64,000 bases of DNA from Tubiluchus corallicola (lineage: Eukaryota > Animalia > Priapulida), in assembly GCA_030141605.1 (NCBI GenBank), contig JAQGDQ010000276.1, positions 62,001 to 126,000 on the forward strand, read 5' to 3'. Positions 1-20,148 of this stretch are shown in pieces; position 1 is the first letter of the stretch, and each line of letters begins with the position of its first letter. The position numbers and the translations under genes are program-made. The notes beneath the pieces are model-generated. The model was not told the DNA's origin. It saw only the letters and a program-made list of their open reading frames with translations, and did not search any database.

Positions 1-440
1 TTTATCCCAGACGGAATCAGCTGGCAGATCAAAAATCTGACTCCTTCAGTGATGCAGAATTTGTTCTAATACATCGTATAGTTTCATGACGATCAGTTGC
101 GAACTGACAGAGCCCTAGGCTTTTACAAAAATGATTTTATCGCCGCCATTTTGAATTAAAAAGTGGAGGACTAAAAAACAGACTATGTCAATCGATGCAG
201 AGATCATTCTAGATATCCATGTGAAGTTTCACGACGATCTATTGTAGATTTACGTAGCCTTAGACTAGTATATCCCTGTAAAATTTTACAGACGATCCGT
301 TCTGAATTGGCAGAACCTTAGGCTTTTTTCAAAAGGCCAATGTTCAACACAACCTCCCAGTCACCCTCCATCCCCACATACATCTCCTACAAGGACATCA
401 ACAACATCGACAAGATAAACGATTTAGGTCGAGCTAGAAA
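1..440. mobile_element. Fragment of Helitron/Helentron-associated (HINE-like) element with internal repeats
   Basis: Recurrent AAGTTTCAYGACGATC-like motif (about 81, 224, 280), repeated GATGCAGA and CCTAGGCTTTT, and CGCCGCCATTTTGAA; family assignment is by resemblance only. Confidence 0.45.
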
Positions 441-1676
441 TTTGATTCCAGAAGCTTTTTAGTGTTCATAATTCTCGATCGATTAGCTATTATTTTCAAT
501 AAAATTATTTAAATAATAAATATTGTGTCTCTAACGCCTTTCTACGTAGTGCACAAAAAACACTAACAACGTTTTTTTATTACGTAATTTCAACAATTCC
601 AGTAGAAATGTATTTCGAAATACAAGTCTATAAGTATTTTTAAGGTGAAACTGAACCTATAACCTGCAAAACATTATAAAAAATTATGCATTTCTCTTTT
701 TTCATGAACGAATTAGATTCTTAAATAGAACACCCTTCGACAAAAACGTAAAAAATAAGTTTGAGGAAACTCGAATGATAAGACTAAAAATCCTTTGGAT
801 CGGCAATCGATATTCAGCAAAAGTTTCACAGCGGAGTAGAAGTTTCCAGAGCAGCTATTTCTAGATCAGTGCACTAATGTTATATGCCGATAATGCAGTA
901 AAATAATTAATCAATAATTGATAGCTTATTAATAATCAATAATAGTCGTTTTCAACTCGGGACTTATCATAGTAACACCACTACTTTGTGGGCAGTAGAA
1001 GGCCATCATGCTTTGAAATTTGAATGCCCGTGGGTCTAGGTTTGTTAATTAATGTAATGATAAGCGATTGTCTTAAAATGTCGCGAATTACAAAAATATT
1101 ACCGATCAGTAACTACACTTCGTTTGCACGGCGCTCCTCGCTTACTCGCCTAATTCTACATGATTTCACAACTCGATTATTATGGCCTAATATGCTATTA
1201 TAATTATTTACATTACGTTCTGATTGCCAATTATATGAGCTTGTTGATCTTGCTGCGCCTGTTCTTGTGCTGAACGTCAATAATTTTTTAACTTCTCGCG
1301 TTCCCTCAAGTTCAAAGGTATATTACAGACAACATGACATTTGTAAAACCAAGAAGAACCAGCTTTGTGCAATCAAGCTAAAGCTAATCTGTTAGCTAGA
1401 TAGTTTATCGGGCACTTTACAGTGTTGTAATGCAGCTATAAATGTCATTCTTTAGAGAAGCACTGAAAGCATTTTAATGTTAAGCGCAAACTTAGTTTAC
1501 TGTAATTTTGTCAAAACCTACTTCAATGCATTATAGGCGATAAGTGAAAAAAGTATTAGTAACGAGGTGCAACGTGCGAAAGTTTGTGGGATACAAATCA
1601 GAGCTACCAGTGTTTAAAGAGGTCAGCAAAGGCTAATTTCCTTTACCCACCGGCTTCATCTTGGCTTCATTTTCCG

Positions 1677-7694
<6,018 letters not shown>

Positions 7695-7984
7695 GCTCAC
7701 GAAAATGTATGTGAAACAAGAAAAAGTTTACTCTGGTGAGAACTTTTGCTGAAAAACAATAATTGTGTGGGCTGCACATGGTCCAAGTATGTGTCTGGGT
7801 TAATAGAGCTGTCGTAGACCTATTACACGCTGCTCCGAGTTCTCTTGCAATGCCAAAAACCTGTGCCTGAAAAGCAAGCCTAGTTTTAGCTACTTTGAGT
7901 GAAAGAAAGCTGTGTATATTTTGTGCAAATTTCGAATAGTTAAATGTTTCTGTAAAAATGCCAATTTTCCATTAAAATTAGCAT

Positions 7985-8053
7985 GTTGCTCGTTACGATC
8001 TTCTCATTTGCTAGCTTTATTTGTTACTCGTTACGATCTTCTCATTTGCTAGC
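7985..8053. repeat. 38-bp-period tandem duplication in lysA 3' region
   Basis: CTCGTTACGATCTTCTCATTTGCTAGC occurs twice. Confidence 0.9.
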
Positions 8054-8139
8054 CTCATAAACAAATTTGCTTTTGCACATTTTTGGACGTTGTTTTTTTT
8101 ATTTGCTCACAGCAAACTCATCTATAAATTAAGCATATA

Positions 8140-8149
8140 AATAAATAAA
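8140..8149 (+). terminator. Candidate polyadenylation signals of lysA
   Basis: Overlapping AATAAA hexamers about 450 nt after the stop codon. Confidence 0.35.
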
Positions 8150-11100
8150 ACAAGAAAGACCAAGCTCCGTGCACTGCATTAAAATTTCGGAAACGCAGAT
8201 CAAAATTCTGGGTCGATTAAACGTCATCGCACTTTTGGTAGTCTTTTTTAAAGATTGGTGGTTACAGTGCATGGATCAACTGAAACTTTTTGTATCTGTT
8301 CGATACAGCTTTTGTATCGAGTGGTAATTGGCCTTACCTGAAACCGTGTTTTTCATAGTCAGATATATAAGAACTGACTGGTTTTTGCTTTTTAACTGAT
8401 TACTACCTGTGGATAATCTTTTTAGAATGTGTCAATATGCTTCTACTGGAAACGCCGCTTTTGAAATAAATGGTAGTAGAATAATTCGTTGCCAGTATTT
8501 TTGGAGTGTTTATCGATACTCATCGACTATTATTACAGATCGTAAATCGAATTGCAATGTTTTCAATTGAGCTTCTTATCCTTATCCATTATTACAAGTT
8601 TAAAAAAGTAAACTTCTGAAAACATAAGCCCTACCGCGACGTAATTCTGAGCCGTAACCGTACTACTCAGCAAGCACCTGTTATGGAACCACTGGGAACC
8701 ACCAAAGAATATGTGAAATGGTAAAAGTAAAGGTAAAAGTACAAACGGTGTAACACAACTTTACGTCAAATTGCAGATAATTACGTTGGATTTTCTTACT
8801 TTTTTGTTGTTCCGCGAATTTAATTTATTATATATACTAAATCATAGCCATAATAACTATTTCCTGCACTCGCTTTTCTAGCTGAAATTATCTATAGACA
8901 ACACTATAATAACACGAAACAACAAAATGTAGTAATCACGTTTCAATTCTTACCAGCAGATGACGCTAGGATGCAATCTATTGAATGAATCGTATATTCA
9001 TTTTCACGGTTTTTTGCATAAACTTAATAAATTTTAATGGAACTGATTCTGAAGTTTGCAACCCTGCAAGTATGTAACTGTTCACTTCTATCAGGTAGAT
9101 TAGCTATATCAATATTATATCATATTTTCTACTGAAAACCTAAAATTATCTCCAAATAAAAAAAATGTAGTAATTATTTTCTAATTTTCGCCAGTAGGTG
9201 ACGCGACAGGACTGTTCTGTAGCGGTAGATGGAATGTGACCGAACTCAGAGAAGAGCTAGTTTCTTATCCTGACACTACAGCAAAATAGGTTGACCTACG
9301 AAAATAACGTGTCTTTTGTTTCCCAGTTTTCCAAGTCAGATTTGTCAAAAGTAAATATCACAAGGATCAAATTTTTAGTATATACTAAACGCTATCAGAG
9401 AAATCAGAACTTCTAGTTTTAGTTTTAAATTTTTATCTGTGCATTCGAACGCGTGATTTGTTATGTCCTAAAAGTTCTAAATTTTCCAAAAGCCTAGGCC
9501 AATACTAACTGAGATACTATGACAATCTCAGGACTGAGCAGTATAATAACTTAATTTTCCTATGCCCGTTGTTTGTTGATTAAATAATAAAATGTTAAAC
9601 ATAAATTCATCTAAGTCGCACTGTGATATCATTAAACAAGTATGCCCATTTTAATACATTTTTATATATTAAAATTTCGTAGTTCATGGTATAAGATCCT
9701 AACCTTATTAACTGGAAAAGGAAGCATTAATAGTATAACGTCCTCGGTTGCGTTTAAACTAGCTAGCTTTGAAGCCAACGTAGCCCTTAGAAACACAGAA
9801 TAATTTAATAACGAGAAAACGTCCAGACTGTCGACTCTTTATTATTAGCTGTCTCCACGTATACCGCTGCAAACAAGACAAGTTTATTTTTGCAAGTAAT
9901 TTGGTATGAAAATTGATCATTCACGCATCTTGAGTTCCTACAGAGTTGGCCGTATCTCTTTCAGAAGTTTTAAAACAACATTTGCGTTGAATTAGCAGTG
10001 TCGGTAATAAGCATTATTCATTTTAGCTCAAGTTTTGCATTGGAAATATAGTTTGGTAAAGCTTTGTCAGCGCAGCGGGCGCATGTTTTGATTATGTGGC
10101 GATAACCCAAACATCCCTTGCTTTGAGCCAGGCCCGCGTTGTGTGGGATTCACATAAAGTCCTATTTAGCGGCGAATCAAACGATTCTACGTTACACCTA
10201 CGGGTACGGTTTAATGGAGAACACACGAACTGCGCAAGCAGTAACCACGCACGTGTATCTTGTTTAGGCTGCAATAATAATAATTCTAGGCGTACATAAT
10301 TATGCACGATAGAAATTATTACATGGTGACATGACTCCACAATTTTTAGCGCACACACTAAATTCGGTATAGGTCGACTGATTTTGAGAACTAGGTGTAC
10401 TAGGTAGGCATAAATCGCTATACTGTCATGAAATTTATGTTCAACGCCGATAAAAACCGGTGTGTGTCAAATTGTTTGCTACTACACTAGTTTCAACTAC
10501 CAAATTGCGAAATTGTAATATACGAGTTATTTACCGCTAATATAGTATCTAGGCCCGTGTGTATGCTCTCCTACATTTAAAAGACATTGGGCTCTTTATA
10601 TTTAACACGTGTACTTTTATCTTGAAACGTTTCAGGTGAAACGAAATTTAAGTGCTTTAAAACTTTAACTGTTACGAAAAAGAGGTTATTTTTTATAAAA
10701 TATCGTTTGGCTGTCACTTTGCATGCTCGCATTCAAATTACAAGCAAAATCAAAAGTATGTAAGTCGCTTAATATTGCAATGTGAAACGTGTTCCAGCAA
10801 CTTTCTTCTAGCCACTAGAAAATGCAAATATCTAATTAATTAGCTGCTCCCGTTGCATTTTTAAGTTTGACTTTTATTTCGATTTTTAAATATTTTGTTT
10901 TAAATTGTAGTTCACCTAATAACGCGTTATAGTGGTAGGTGAAAATTACTTGTGATAATAATTTAACTTTATTTTTCCAAAATCACACGCACGATTTTTC
11001 ATTTTTAGTTTGACACTGAGCTACAATCAATTGGAAAAACTATAGGTTATTTCTACTCCTGTATCCTAATGCAGCTAGTTAAAGCGGATTTCAAATCGTA

Positions 11101-11442
11101 AATACCCTATAGGACAAAAAAGGTGTGCCCTGAAAAATCGTATTGACTGGGAAACGAATAACATAAACAGATTAGGGATTACTTTACTAGTATACAGACC
11201 AGGTCTGTGCACGAAGAAATAAGGTAACTAATATAGTACTATATTTTCGTATGTACACAGAAAATAATTAAGGTTAAATAAAACACGATTAAAATGTGCA
11301 TATAGCTAACGTTTATTAGCAAGAAACTCACTTTCTCTAATAATTTAACGTTTAAATAATTATTCTATTGATTACTTAGTTTACACTTCGTTATTATACT
11401 TTACTGAGTCTTAGAAGGACAACAATTGCTACTGTTTTTAGC

Positions 11443-13085
11443 AATTGTATAGCAGCATCAAGAATATTCTTTCAGATACCTATAGTGCTGTGAATCTAAA
11501 TGGTATCCTCACTGATAAATTTAAATGTGAATATGGTGTCAGGCAGGGAGACACTTTGTCACCAACCCTGTTCAGCTTGTACATAAATGATATGGCAGAT
11601 GATGTAAAGTCCCTAAATATTGGTATTCCTGTTGGTAATGATAAGATTTGTATTTTAATGTATGCTGATGACGTTGTAATTTTAGCAGAATCTGAAGAAG
11701 ATCTTCAGAAAATGTTAGATAAGATCACTGAGTGGGGAAAGAAATGGAGAATCAAATTTAACAGTAAAAAGTCAAATGTTGTCCATTTCAGAAAACCCCA
11801 AGTGAATCAAACTGATGTACTATTTAAACTTAGTGATCAGATTTTGAGCACTGTAGATAGGTATAAGTGGGGATTTATATCTGGGGATTTATCTTAATGA
11901 ACATTTAGATTATAAGGTTACAGCACTAGTACTGGCAGACTCAGGCAGTAGAGCTCTGGGTGCCTTGATTGGTAAATATAAAAAGTTAAATGGGCTGGGT
12001 TATTATTCTTTTACTAAGTTATTCAATGCAGGTGTATGGCCTATACTTGATTATGGTTCAGAAGTATGGGGATATAACAAGTACCCTAAAATTGATACTG
12101 TCCAGAATAAGGCATTAAGAATATTTCTTGGTGTTCATAATTTTGCTGCTAATCAATGTATACAGGGTGATATGGGATGGTCACCATCTTCAGTTAGAAG
12201 AAAGTTATCTATGATAAGGTATTGGAATCGTCTTTTAACATTTGATAATTCTAGACTTGTTAAGAGAATATTTCTTTGGGACCGTAATACCAACGTTGGT
12301 TGGTCATATGAAATTTCTAAAGTCCTAGAGGAAGCAGGGTTCCAGCAAGCTTTTGTTAATATGGATACTGTACCTCTTAGTAGAGCATGGGCACAGCTGT
12401 ATGAGAAACACTGTGTTGATTGGAAAGCAAAAAATGCAGATTACCCTAAACTTAGAACATATATATTGTATAAGAACAGCTTTGGAGTAGAACCATATGT
12501 TTATATTAATATGCAAGGAAAATACAGGTCTGTGCTTGCAAAGCTAAGAAGTGGTACTCTTCCCCTGGAACTGGAGCATGGTAGGTTTAGAAATGTTAAG
12601 GTTGGTGAACGTTTGTGTAAGATATGTTGCTGTGGAGATGTAGAAGATGAATCTCACTTTTTGTTTGTTTGTACACATTATAGACTAGAGAGAGAAGAAT
12701 TTTTCCAAGATATTAACATGGACCCGGAACAATTAGATAATGGAAATAAATGGAAATATATTATGTCAGAAGAGAATGTCCTTAGGACTGCAAAATATGC
12801 TTATAAGATTTTTAGAATGAGGCAAAGCAAGATATATATTTAATACATGACTTGTCCATTCAGGTATATGTTAAAATTCCATATTATATATTTTCTTTTA
12901 TTTGATATTCTATGTAAATGAACTGCACAGTTATTATGTGATAAATTTTCATGAAATTGACTTGTAAGCCCAAGTGGGCTGGAAACAGCTTTAATAACAT
13001 TTTACAGTATTAATTAACACATGAATTATTACATTGTTATTATCATATGTTTATGACAATAAAGATATTCAATCAAACAATCAAA
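11443..13085 (+). mobile_element. 5'-truncated non-LTR retrotransposon (LINE; RTE-X or CR1/L2-like), frameshifted
   Basis: RT motifs GVRQGDTLSPTLF and YADD; C-terminal CCHC-like ERLCKICCCGDVEDESHFLFVC; 3'UTR ending AATAAA plus (CAAT/CAAA) tail; possible TSD TTTAGC at 11437-11442 and 13086-13091. Confidence 0.93.
11445..12843 (+). pseudogene. LINE ORF2 fragment (reverse transcriptase plus C-terminal domain) split by a 10-bp insertion
   Basis: ORFs 11445-11897 and 11965-12843 join as ...YKYLGIYLNEHLDY... if TGGGGATTTA (11868-11877) is removed. Confidence 0.88.
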
Positions 13086-15916
13086 TTTAGCCACTAATCC
13101 TTATTACTAAAAAGCTATAAACGACTAAGAGGAGCCAGTAGCCGTTACCCTGCACATAGCGTGTGTAAAATCTCTTTTCTGAAAAACAAAGTTTCTTTAA
13201 ACTAATTAAGCGGTTACTGAGCTTCAAACGACAAAGCCGCGCAAGAATACTTTCTATGAAGCCGTGGAAGCTGGAAAACAGCTGAACAGCTTGCCTCAAC
13301 ACACAAGACTTTTTATAACATCAGGACTGCATATATTCTGGCCTTACTAGTAGTTCTTTATAACTATAATCACTTTGTCTAAACCGTGAAACTTTTGACA
13401 CGCTAATTAATTTTACGTAATGAAGGCTAGTACGCAATATATCAATAGCCAGAATAATTACGTCTGCGAGTAACAAATTTAAGGTTTATTTCAGAAAACG
13501 AGCTCCGTGTACAACATTTTAGAATGGGAACTACGCATATACGTTTTCTGCACAATCCATTATAATTATGTAAAATTGATTCCCTTTCGTGCGGTTGAGG
13601 ACGGCTGAATTTTAAACGTATACTGTCATCTTTTCTCCAAGCTTAGTTCCATTAGTAGCAATCCACGCTGATCATTAACACGCTAAAGTAGCCATGCTAC
13701 AGCAACTTTAAATTGACTTTTCTCGATGCGCAGGGCACGTAACTTCGTTTAATCTCAACCAAGTTGTATTAAACCCTATTTTGTATGCAAGAGTAAGCGT
13801 ATCAGGATTTGTTAACTGAATCCACTATTTAGCTAGCAAGCAATTTGTTATCAGAGCAGTGAGCAAACACGGTCGCTCGCGTTAAAGTAGCAGATAAACA
13901 GATTGCACAACCAATGAAGACGGGTATCTTGTTTGCCTCTCCATCCTGCAACACTCAAAAACCTAACATGCGTTGCGCTAACTAGATGCTGAATCAATTA
14001 GACACCAACTTCAAATGTTGTCACCAAATTAACATGATAAAGTAGCAAAAACAATTTGCATGTGAAGTTGGCAGCTGACACCGTATTTGTTTTACAACAT
14101 TTCAGGCTAATGTTGAATTACTGTGTTTTCACTCGTAACAGAATTATTAGTGAGCATTGATTTTTTTGTTTATATGTACGACTACTCATTTACGTTCTAT
14201 CAATGATATAGAACAATCGATATTTAGTCTCTTAAAACGCTGGTGATGCATAAACTTTTATTGTAACTGTCCGGGCATATTTTAAAAATATAATTTGTAG
14301 TTTTGCGGCAAAACATTATCGGCAACTGAAGGTACCTGGTACACGAAAACTGTGACTGTGTAAAGCACTCGTGTGCGGCGAAGATTATCCAAATAAAAGT
14401 AAAATTGCTTCAATTGTATCTATTCATCAAGCCAAAATCATGTACGTGTGTGTCGATTTCAAATTGTTGATTTTATATATACAATTGCTATACAGTAACA
14501 AAAGTGCGGGGTTTAGTTATATAAAAATTTCAAGGTTTTTCATGTTCTCAAACGCACTTAAAGGGAAACTGGTGGTAACTAATTTTAAATAATTATAAAT
14601 GTGGACGTCAGAGACAAATTAATTCAAAAGAAGTTTATTATTGTCATTATTTTTTTATCCTTACGCGGCCTTCACCATAGATTAATAACGAGAACGAAGT
14701 ACTTATAATAGTTAGACTTTGCAAAAGATAAATCAAATATATTCGTCATTCACATGCGCAATAAAATAATCAGTACACAAATATCATATTAAATTAACAT
14801 CCGGTAATTTACTGCCACGATTATGACAAATTTAAATCTACTCGGCCGAGAACTTTTAATCGATTGTCTATCTTAAATACACTCCCTTAGGAACACCGCA
14901 TGTATCGTCTCTCGTTTACAGCTCCGAGAATAAATTTTATGTTTTCTGAATACCGTGATTTTCCGCATGGCCACCCAGTGCAGCTGCAAGCTTGTCTGTG
15001 TTCACATTACAAAACAGTTATACGTAAGTGCAGAATCTTCCATTATTTTATCAATATTTGATGGAGTTAACTGTAATGTTTACGCAGTTATCCAATAAAA
15101 AAGCGCGAAATCGGTGTTTATGGAACGAGCGGCTGTTAATGAATACTGAAGAGTAGGGCTCAACAGTTTTTAGAAGGCGATTGTTTCCATGCAGATATAA
15201 TACAAAAAATTACCCGAAATACCCGATACATTTATAGAAACAATTTGACAGCTAGAGTAGTCATATTATCGAAGCAAACATTTATTTATGAATTTCTATT
15301 TAAATGTATATGTGTGTTATCAGTCCTCACTTTGTTTAATTTTACGCTAATTTTTTCAGAGATTTCATGTGTGCAACGCTCAAATCGTGTTTTTTGGTCG
15401 AAATATTTGCTTTTTGTTTTCGTTTATTAATAAGAATATTGCAGTCATAATGTGTACTCAGTGATCGAATTTAAGCAACCGTGAAACGGGCTATTGTTTG
15501 GTTACGGGACCTATATTCACACTATTTGTCGGTTCAATGTCTCATTTCCAGTGCCGCCACGACCATCCATACGAGCCCTACACGCCAGTGAGTACTGAAT
15601 TCCAGTTTGCAGCACAGAACTGTGCAAAAGCCATTAACAACGTTATATGATCTTTTCATTATCCAGGCTTTTGATACAAACAGGTACAAAGGCCTATACC
15701 TTGTACCCCATCAAACAGCATTATACAGCTCATTATGTTAGTGCATGAAAACAACGTTAGTGTTTTTCATGATGATTCGACAATAGCACCTAGTTTAATT
15801 TTGCCATTCCAGTAAAGTATGGGGGTCTGGTACGTAACCAGTGAGATTTAAATACTAAGTAAATGCTCCTACTGATAGACCATTGATGAACAGTAAAACT
15901 GTCTTTACTACTTAAA

Positions 15917-15952
15917 GTGTGTGTGCGTGTGTGTGCGTGGGTGAGTGCGTGC

Positions 15953-15983
<31 letters not shown>

Positions 15984-15985
15984 TG
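15917..15985. repeat. Imperfect (GT)n microsatellite
   Basis: Visible. Confidence 0.95.
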
Positions 15986-16002
15986 CAATTTACGCGCAGA
16001 AT

Positions 16003-16065
16003 ATAAATGGTGGTGTACTACAAGAATCCACCATAGGACCGTTGCTTTCTAATACATATTTAAGG
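16003..16065 (+). mobile_element. Tiny CR1/L2 reverse-transcriptase remnant
   Basis: Translates INGGVLQESTIGPLLSNTY, resembling RT motif GVPQGSILGPLLFNIY. Confidence 0.5.
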
Positions 16066-19000
16066 GTATACACAAGGATAAACCACTGCTTCTCATATCT
16101 TTACCCTGGACATTCCTAAAAACAAACTAATTGCTAATAAATCCAGTTCTTTCTTCGAGTATCTTATCTGTTGAATTCGTTACCAGAAAACTGTCTGGTT
16201 ACCAGAAAAATGTCCCACCTGTCAACTACAATCTCCCTAGTCTTAAGGAAGCCAACAGGGGGTGCTTTATATCATGAGCAAACTAATTAGGTGATGTACG
16301 AATCTTGTTTTTCTATACCCTTTTCTCTCCTTTATCTTGATTTTAATCTTGTCTGGACAATTTGTGCATAAAATTATTGTTCTTATGGTGCTCTGTCGCT
16401 GATTGCTTGATTAGTAGCTAGCGGAGTGCCCAGCTGAATAAAAAAACTTAATCAAGTTGTACTTACCTAAATTTGTACATGTAAATGAAATTAAAATCGA
16501 AAAATTTGGTAAATACATGTGACATTTATGTACCAACAGCTGAACGTTTACATACACAAAATTGTTTACAAGATTCGTCCAAAATAGTTATGCGCAACTT
16601 GAGAAGTATCAACTGCAAGAATAAGGTAGACGAAAATTTGAGCCTAAGCGAGGCACATAGTCGTCACTCATACATAAGTCAGTGTACCAAACAAATGGGT
16701 TTCAATTTTGTGGAGGAATCTGACGGTCATTGTCATTCAGAAATCAGAGATTGTTGACGGTTTGATCAGGCTTCATTGAAGCCATTTCATCTGACACCTT
16801 GACAATGATCAATCCCGGGTTTATAGCAACGCTTTATGCTTATTTCATTAAGTTTCCTCTCCAGCAAACAACGTCGCAGTGTCTAATATGGTATAATAAA
16901 ACATACTACGACAATCAAGCCTGTTGAATGGCCGCTCGTCCCTAATCCACTGAATAAGATTAATGTCTACAGTATCGCATTAACGCTATTGTGTTCCTTT
17001 ATGGGCCTCCTTGATTAAACAGCATACAAGTTTTAGCTAAGCTCGTAAATAAATATGTAAACGAATTGATTGGAATTGGCTTCCCAACAAGGACAGAGTC
17101 AGATATTTAACTCGACAATAGAACACGTAGTGCCTGGCGATTGTTAGGCAAAACAGGCAGAAATTAAAATCGATTCACACTGGTTTTTGATGGAAGATAG
17201 CTATCCATCATGGCTACCTACATGGTTACATATTAGACTGATGAGAAAGACATGTTTATTACTTCACTGGTTAATGCCATGCAATGGCGATAAAGGCACA
17301 ATGCACTTGAAGTAATTAGCCACAGGCGTTTTGAACTTTTAACCAATAGCGCTATTTCTTGGTAAATAATGGCGAGAGAACTAGATGAGCAACCACGCCA
17401 CCCGAATGAGAGAAAACTAAAACCAAGCCAATAACACTGGCCTCTAACATTTAACCAGCCATCCTGTTATTCAGGCCAAAATGATTTGGAAGCGAAGAAC
17501 TTTACCAGATCAAGCAATGTTAGGCCTAGTAATTTCAACTATACTCTCCTTGACCACTGATACCCACCCATTTCTCTTTAATTACTATCAATATCATCGC
17601 CATAATTAAGGCTATGATTTCAATGTAACTGCGTTCATTTACTGCTTAGACAGGTATTCACTTTTCATCATATACGCACAGCAAATAATAGCCTAACCTT
17701 GCACCCTTTCTTTAAATGCGTTGATATATCCCTTAATATACATTGATGTATATCCCTATATACTAGCTACTTTAGTGTCCTAAATGACACACAGTGCGTT
17801 AAATGACACTTGCGAATGTGCATCAGCCTTTAAGGTAATTTTAGTTTTCACATTCGTCTTCGGAATTGCTGTATTCTTCTAGCTGCGACAAAATCTCGCA
17901 ACGTTCGCGTTTCGAGCTGTCTAAACTAACATAAAATCCAATACTCGAGTAGGTCGGGTTAGTTCAATGTTTTCTTTCACGTGATAAACATTTTACTCTG
18001 GCATTAATGTGGTCAATATCGAGCAGTGCTAAGTGGCAGGACACTACTTCAATTGCCATCTGACATGCATTATGATGTAAATTATTAACGAAGGCTCATT
18101 CTGTGAAAGAAAAAAATCAATCGGTGGTGTGATATACAACCAATTGTATAAAGCCCATTTCACACTAGCTCTTTACTCTATGAGTGAGACGCAACCAAGC
18201 GTCAACACTCAACTTGAAGCATCTTTTGTGCTAACAGTCAGTATTCTTGCAGCTTATTAATACTTAAAAAATCTAATAAAAAGGACAAATATAAATTTCA
18301 CGATCATGTTCACTGTCGTTGAGGTCCGCCATCAACATCATCATTATCATCACCAAAACAACGACGGTGGCAGCAGCACTAGTAGTGCATGGCAATGAAT
18401 AACAACCTCGGCAATGGCGACTGATGCAGCAGCAGCAAAGCAAAACAATGACAACAGCAAAGATAGTATCAACAAAAAAGAAAAATAAGAAAAAATAAGG
18501 CAGCATAGCCAGTACTGCCACTCACACCATCACCGTAAACTTCCTGTTCAATTAAATCGAAAATTAGTAACAGATTCATTTTGAATTTTTTCAAGACTTT
18601 TATTAAATCAGTACAAATAATACTAGTAACTCGTTTTTATTAATTTTAACCGTGGGAATTGTACGTGTATGCCTACGTACATTATTAAATAATAATTGCT
18701 TACTAGTATTACATTTTGTGACTATTGCCAGATTGGCACATGCACGATAATTAAATAGGCCTATATACATATAGACATCCAAACTTATGAAGGCTTCAAA
18801 ATCGCGTGACTCATTTTGAATAAGAGAAACACACAGTAAATTTCAGTCGGCGATTGTAACTATTCGGAATCCAAAATACACATGAAAGAATGGTTAAACC
18901 TCAGAAAAAAATATTAATAGGCTCAGCAAAGAAAGCAATTTAAGGCCCAAATATCTAAACGTAACTGGAACAGCCATCTTAGAACCTAAGCTCAAGTACG

Positions 19001-19684
19001 AAAAACGGCAAACCAATCTTAAAAACTAAGGCGCTAATGTTTTCACTCAATATTAGCCGAGACAGCTGCCTCTCAGTACCAACACCATCTATCATCCGGT
19101 AGCTCTTGCTTGTCAGGGTTGAGTCAATTGTTTATTTTAAACGGATACATCTTCACAGGTTTTTGCCGACTTGCTTTCCTCACTTACGTTATCCAGACTT
19201 GTCAGTTTGTTTGATAGGCTCCTCACACGCTCATTTAACTCTAGTGTTATTGCACCATTCGGGCAAATATAATTACAACTCGCCTGAGCCGACATGTTAC
19301 TGAAATAAAATTGACATTAATTTTACTGAAACAATATTTCCTACATATAAAAGTTTATAGAAGCATAAAAAGTATTCAGTCCAGTGACCATAAAACGCAC
19401 ACATTTACAAGATACAGGTGTAGTTAAAAACTACGTACAATAACGTATAAGGCACTAGGGTTCTTACTTTATTAAGTACTTGTGTTATTATTTATCAGTA
19501 ATTAAGTTATTCTTCTGTTAAACGCTTGCAACTTAAAAAAAGAGTTAGGGCTAAAACAAAATGGTTGAGAAAAACTGACCTTTTATAGAAGCTACCAATC
19601 ATCAGATAACTACTTCAGATAACTGGAAACAATGAACATATAATTGGCGTTTCATTTATCACAAGTATCATGATTTAAAACCAA

Positions 19685-20068
19685 TGTTTTCAGTAGCTTA
19701 TTCATTTTAGATACAAAATAACATTTATAACTGGCAAAATGTATATACCACTGGCGAACTAACATTTGTTAAATACGTTAAATCTGTTAAAAACATTTGT
19801 CATGTAGAAAGGTAAGTGATAGCAAACAGCACAGAAATTTCTCAAACAAAATGTATAATTGGCGAAATGAACCACTAACGAAAAAACATTTTGTTAAAAT
19901 AAAAAGGTAACTGTTATGCACTAAGCAGAGAAATTTTACTATCGAAATGTACGACAGGTGAAATGTGTACTAGCTAAATGTGCCACTGGTGAACTTAATC
20001 ATTTGTTAAAGGAATAAAATAGAGAAATTTTGGGGCGAAACGTATTACTGGCGAAGTTCCTGGAAATG
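19685..20068. mobile_element. Degenerate MITE-like/tandem repeat element with GGCGAAATGTACCACT-like subunits
   Basis: About 15-bp subunits nested in three roughly 120-bp units each ending CATTTGTTAAA; weak inverted termini. Confidence 0.5.
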
Positions 20069-20148
20069 CAGACTTTACTTTCCTTAAGTACAAACTTTAC
20101 TTAAGTAAAGAAATCCTTCACTAAAATTTAAGCCAGATGGCAAGCCTC

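Noticed and set aside
1584-1676. N-terminal extension of lysA from the TTG start in the ORF track
   Set aside because: Non-ATG start with no recognisable similarity or targeting signal; DAPDC similarity begins right after ATG 1677.
18273-18521. Hydrophobic 82-aa minus-strand ORF resembling a membrane protein
   Set aside because: Arises from degenerate (CAA/CAT/CAG)n low-complexity sequence.
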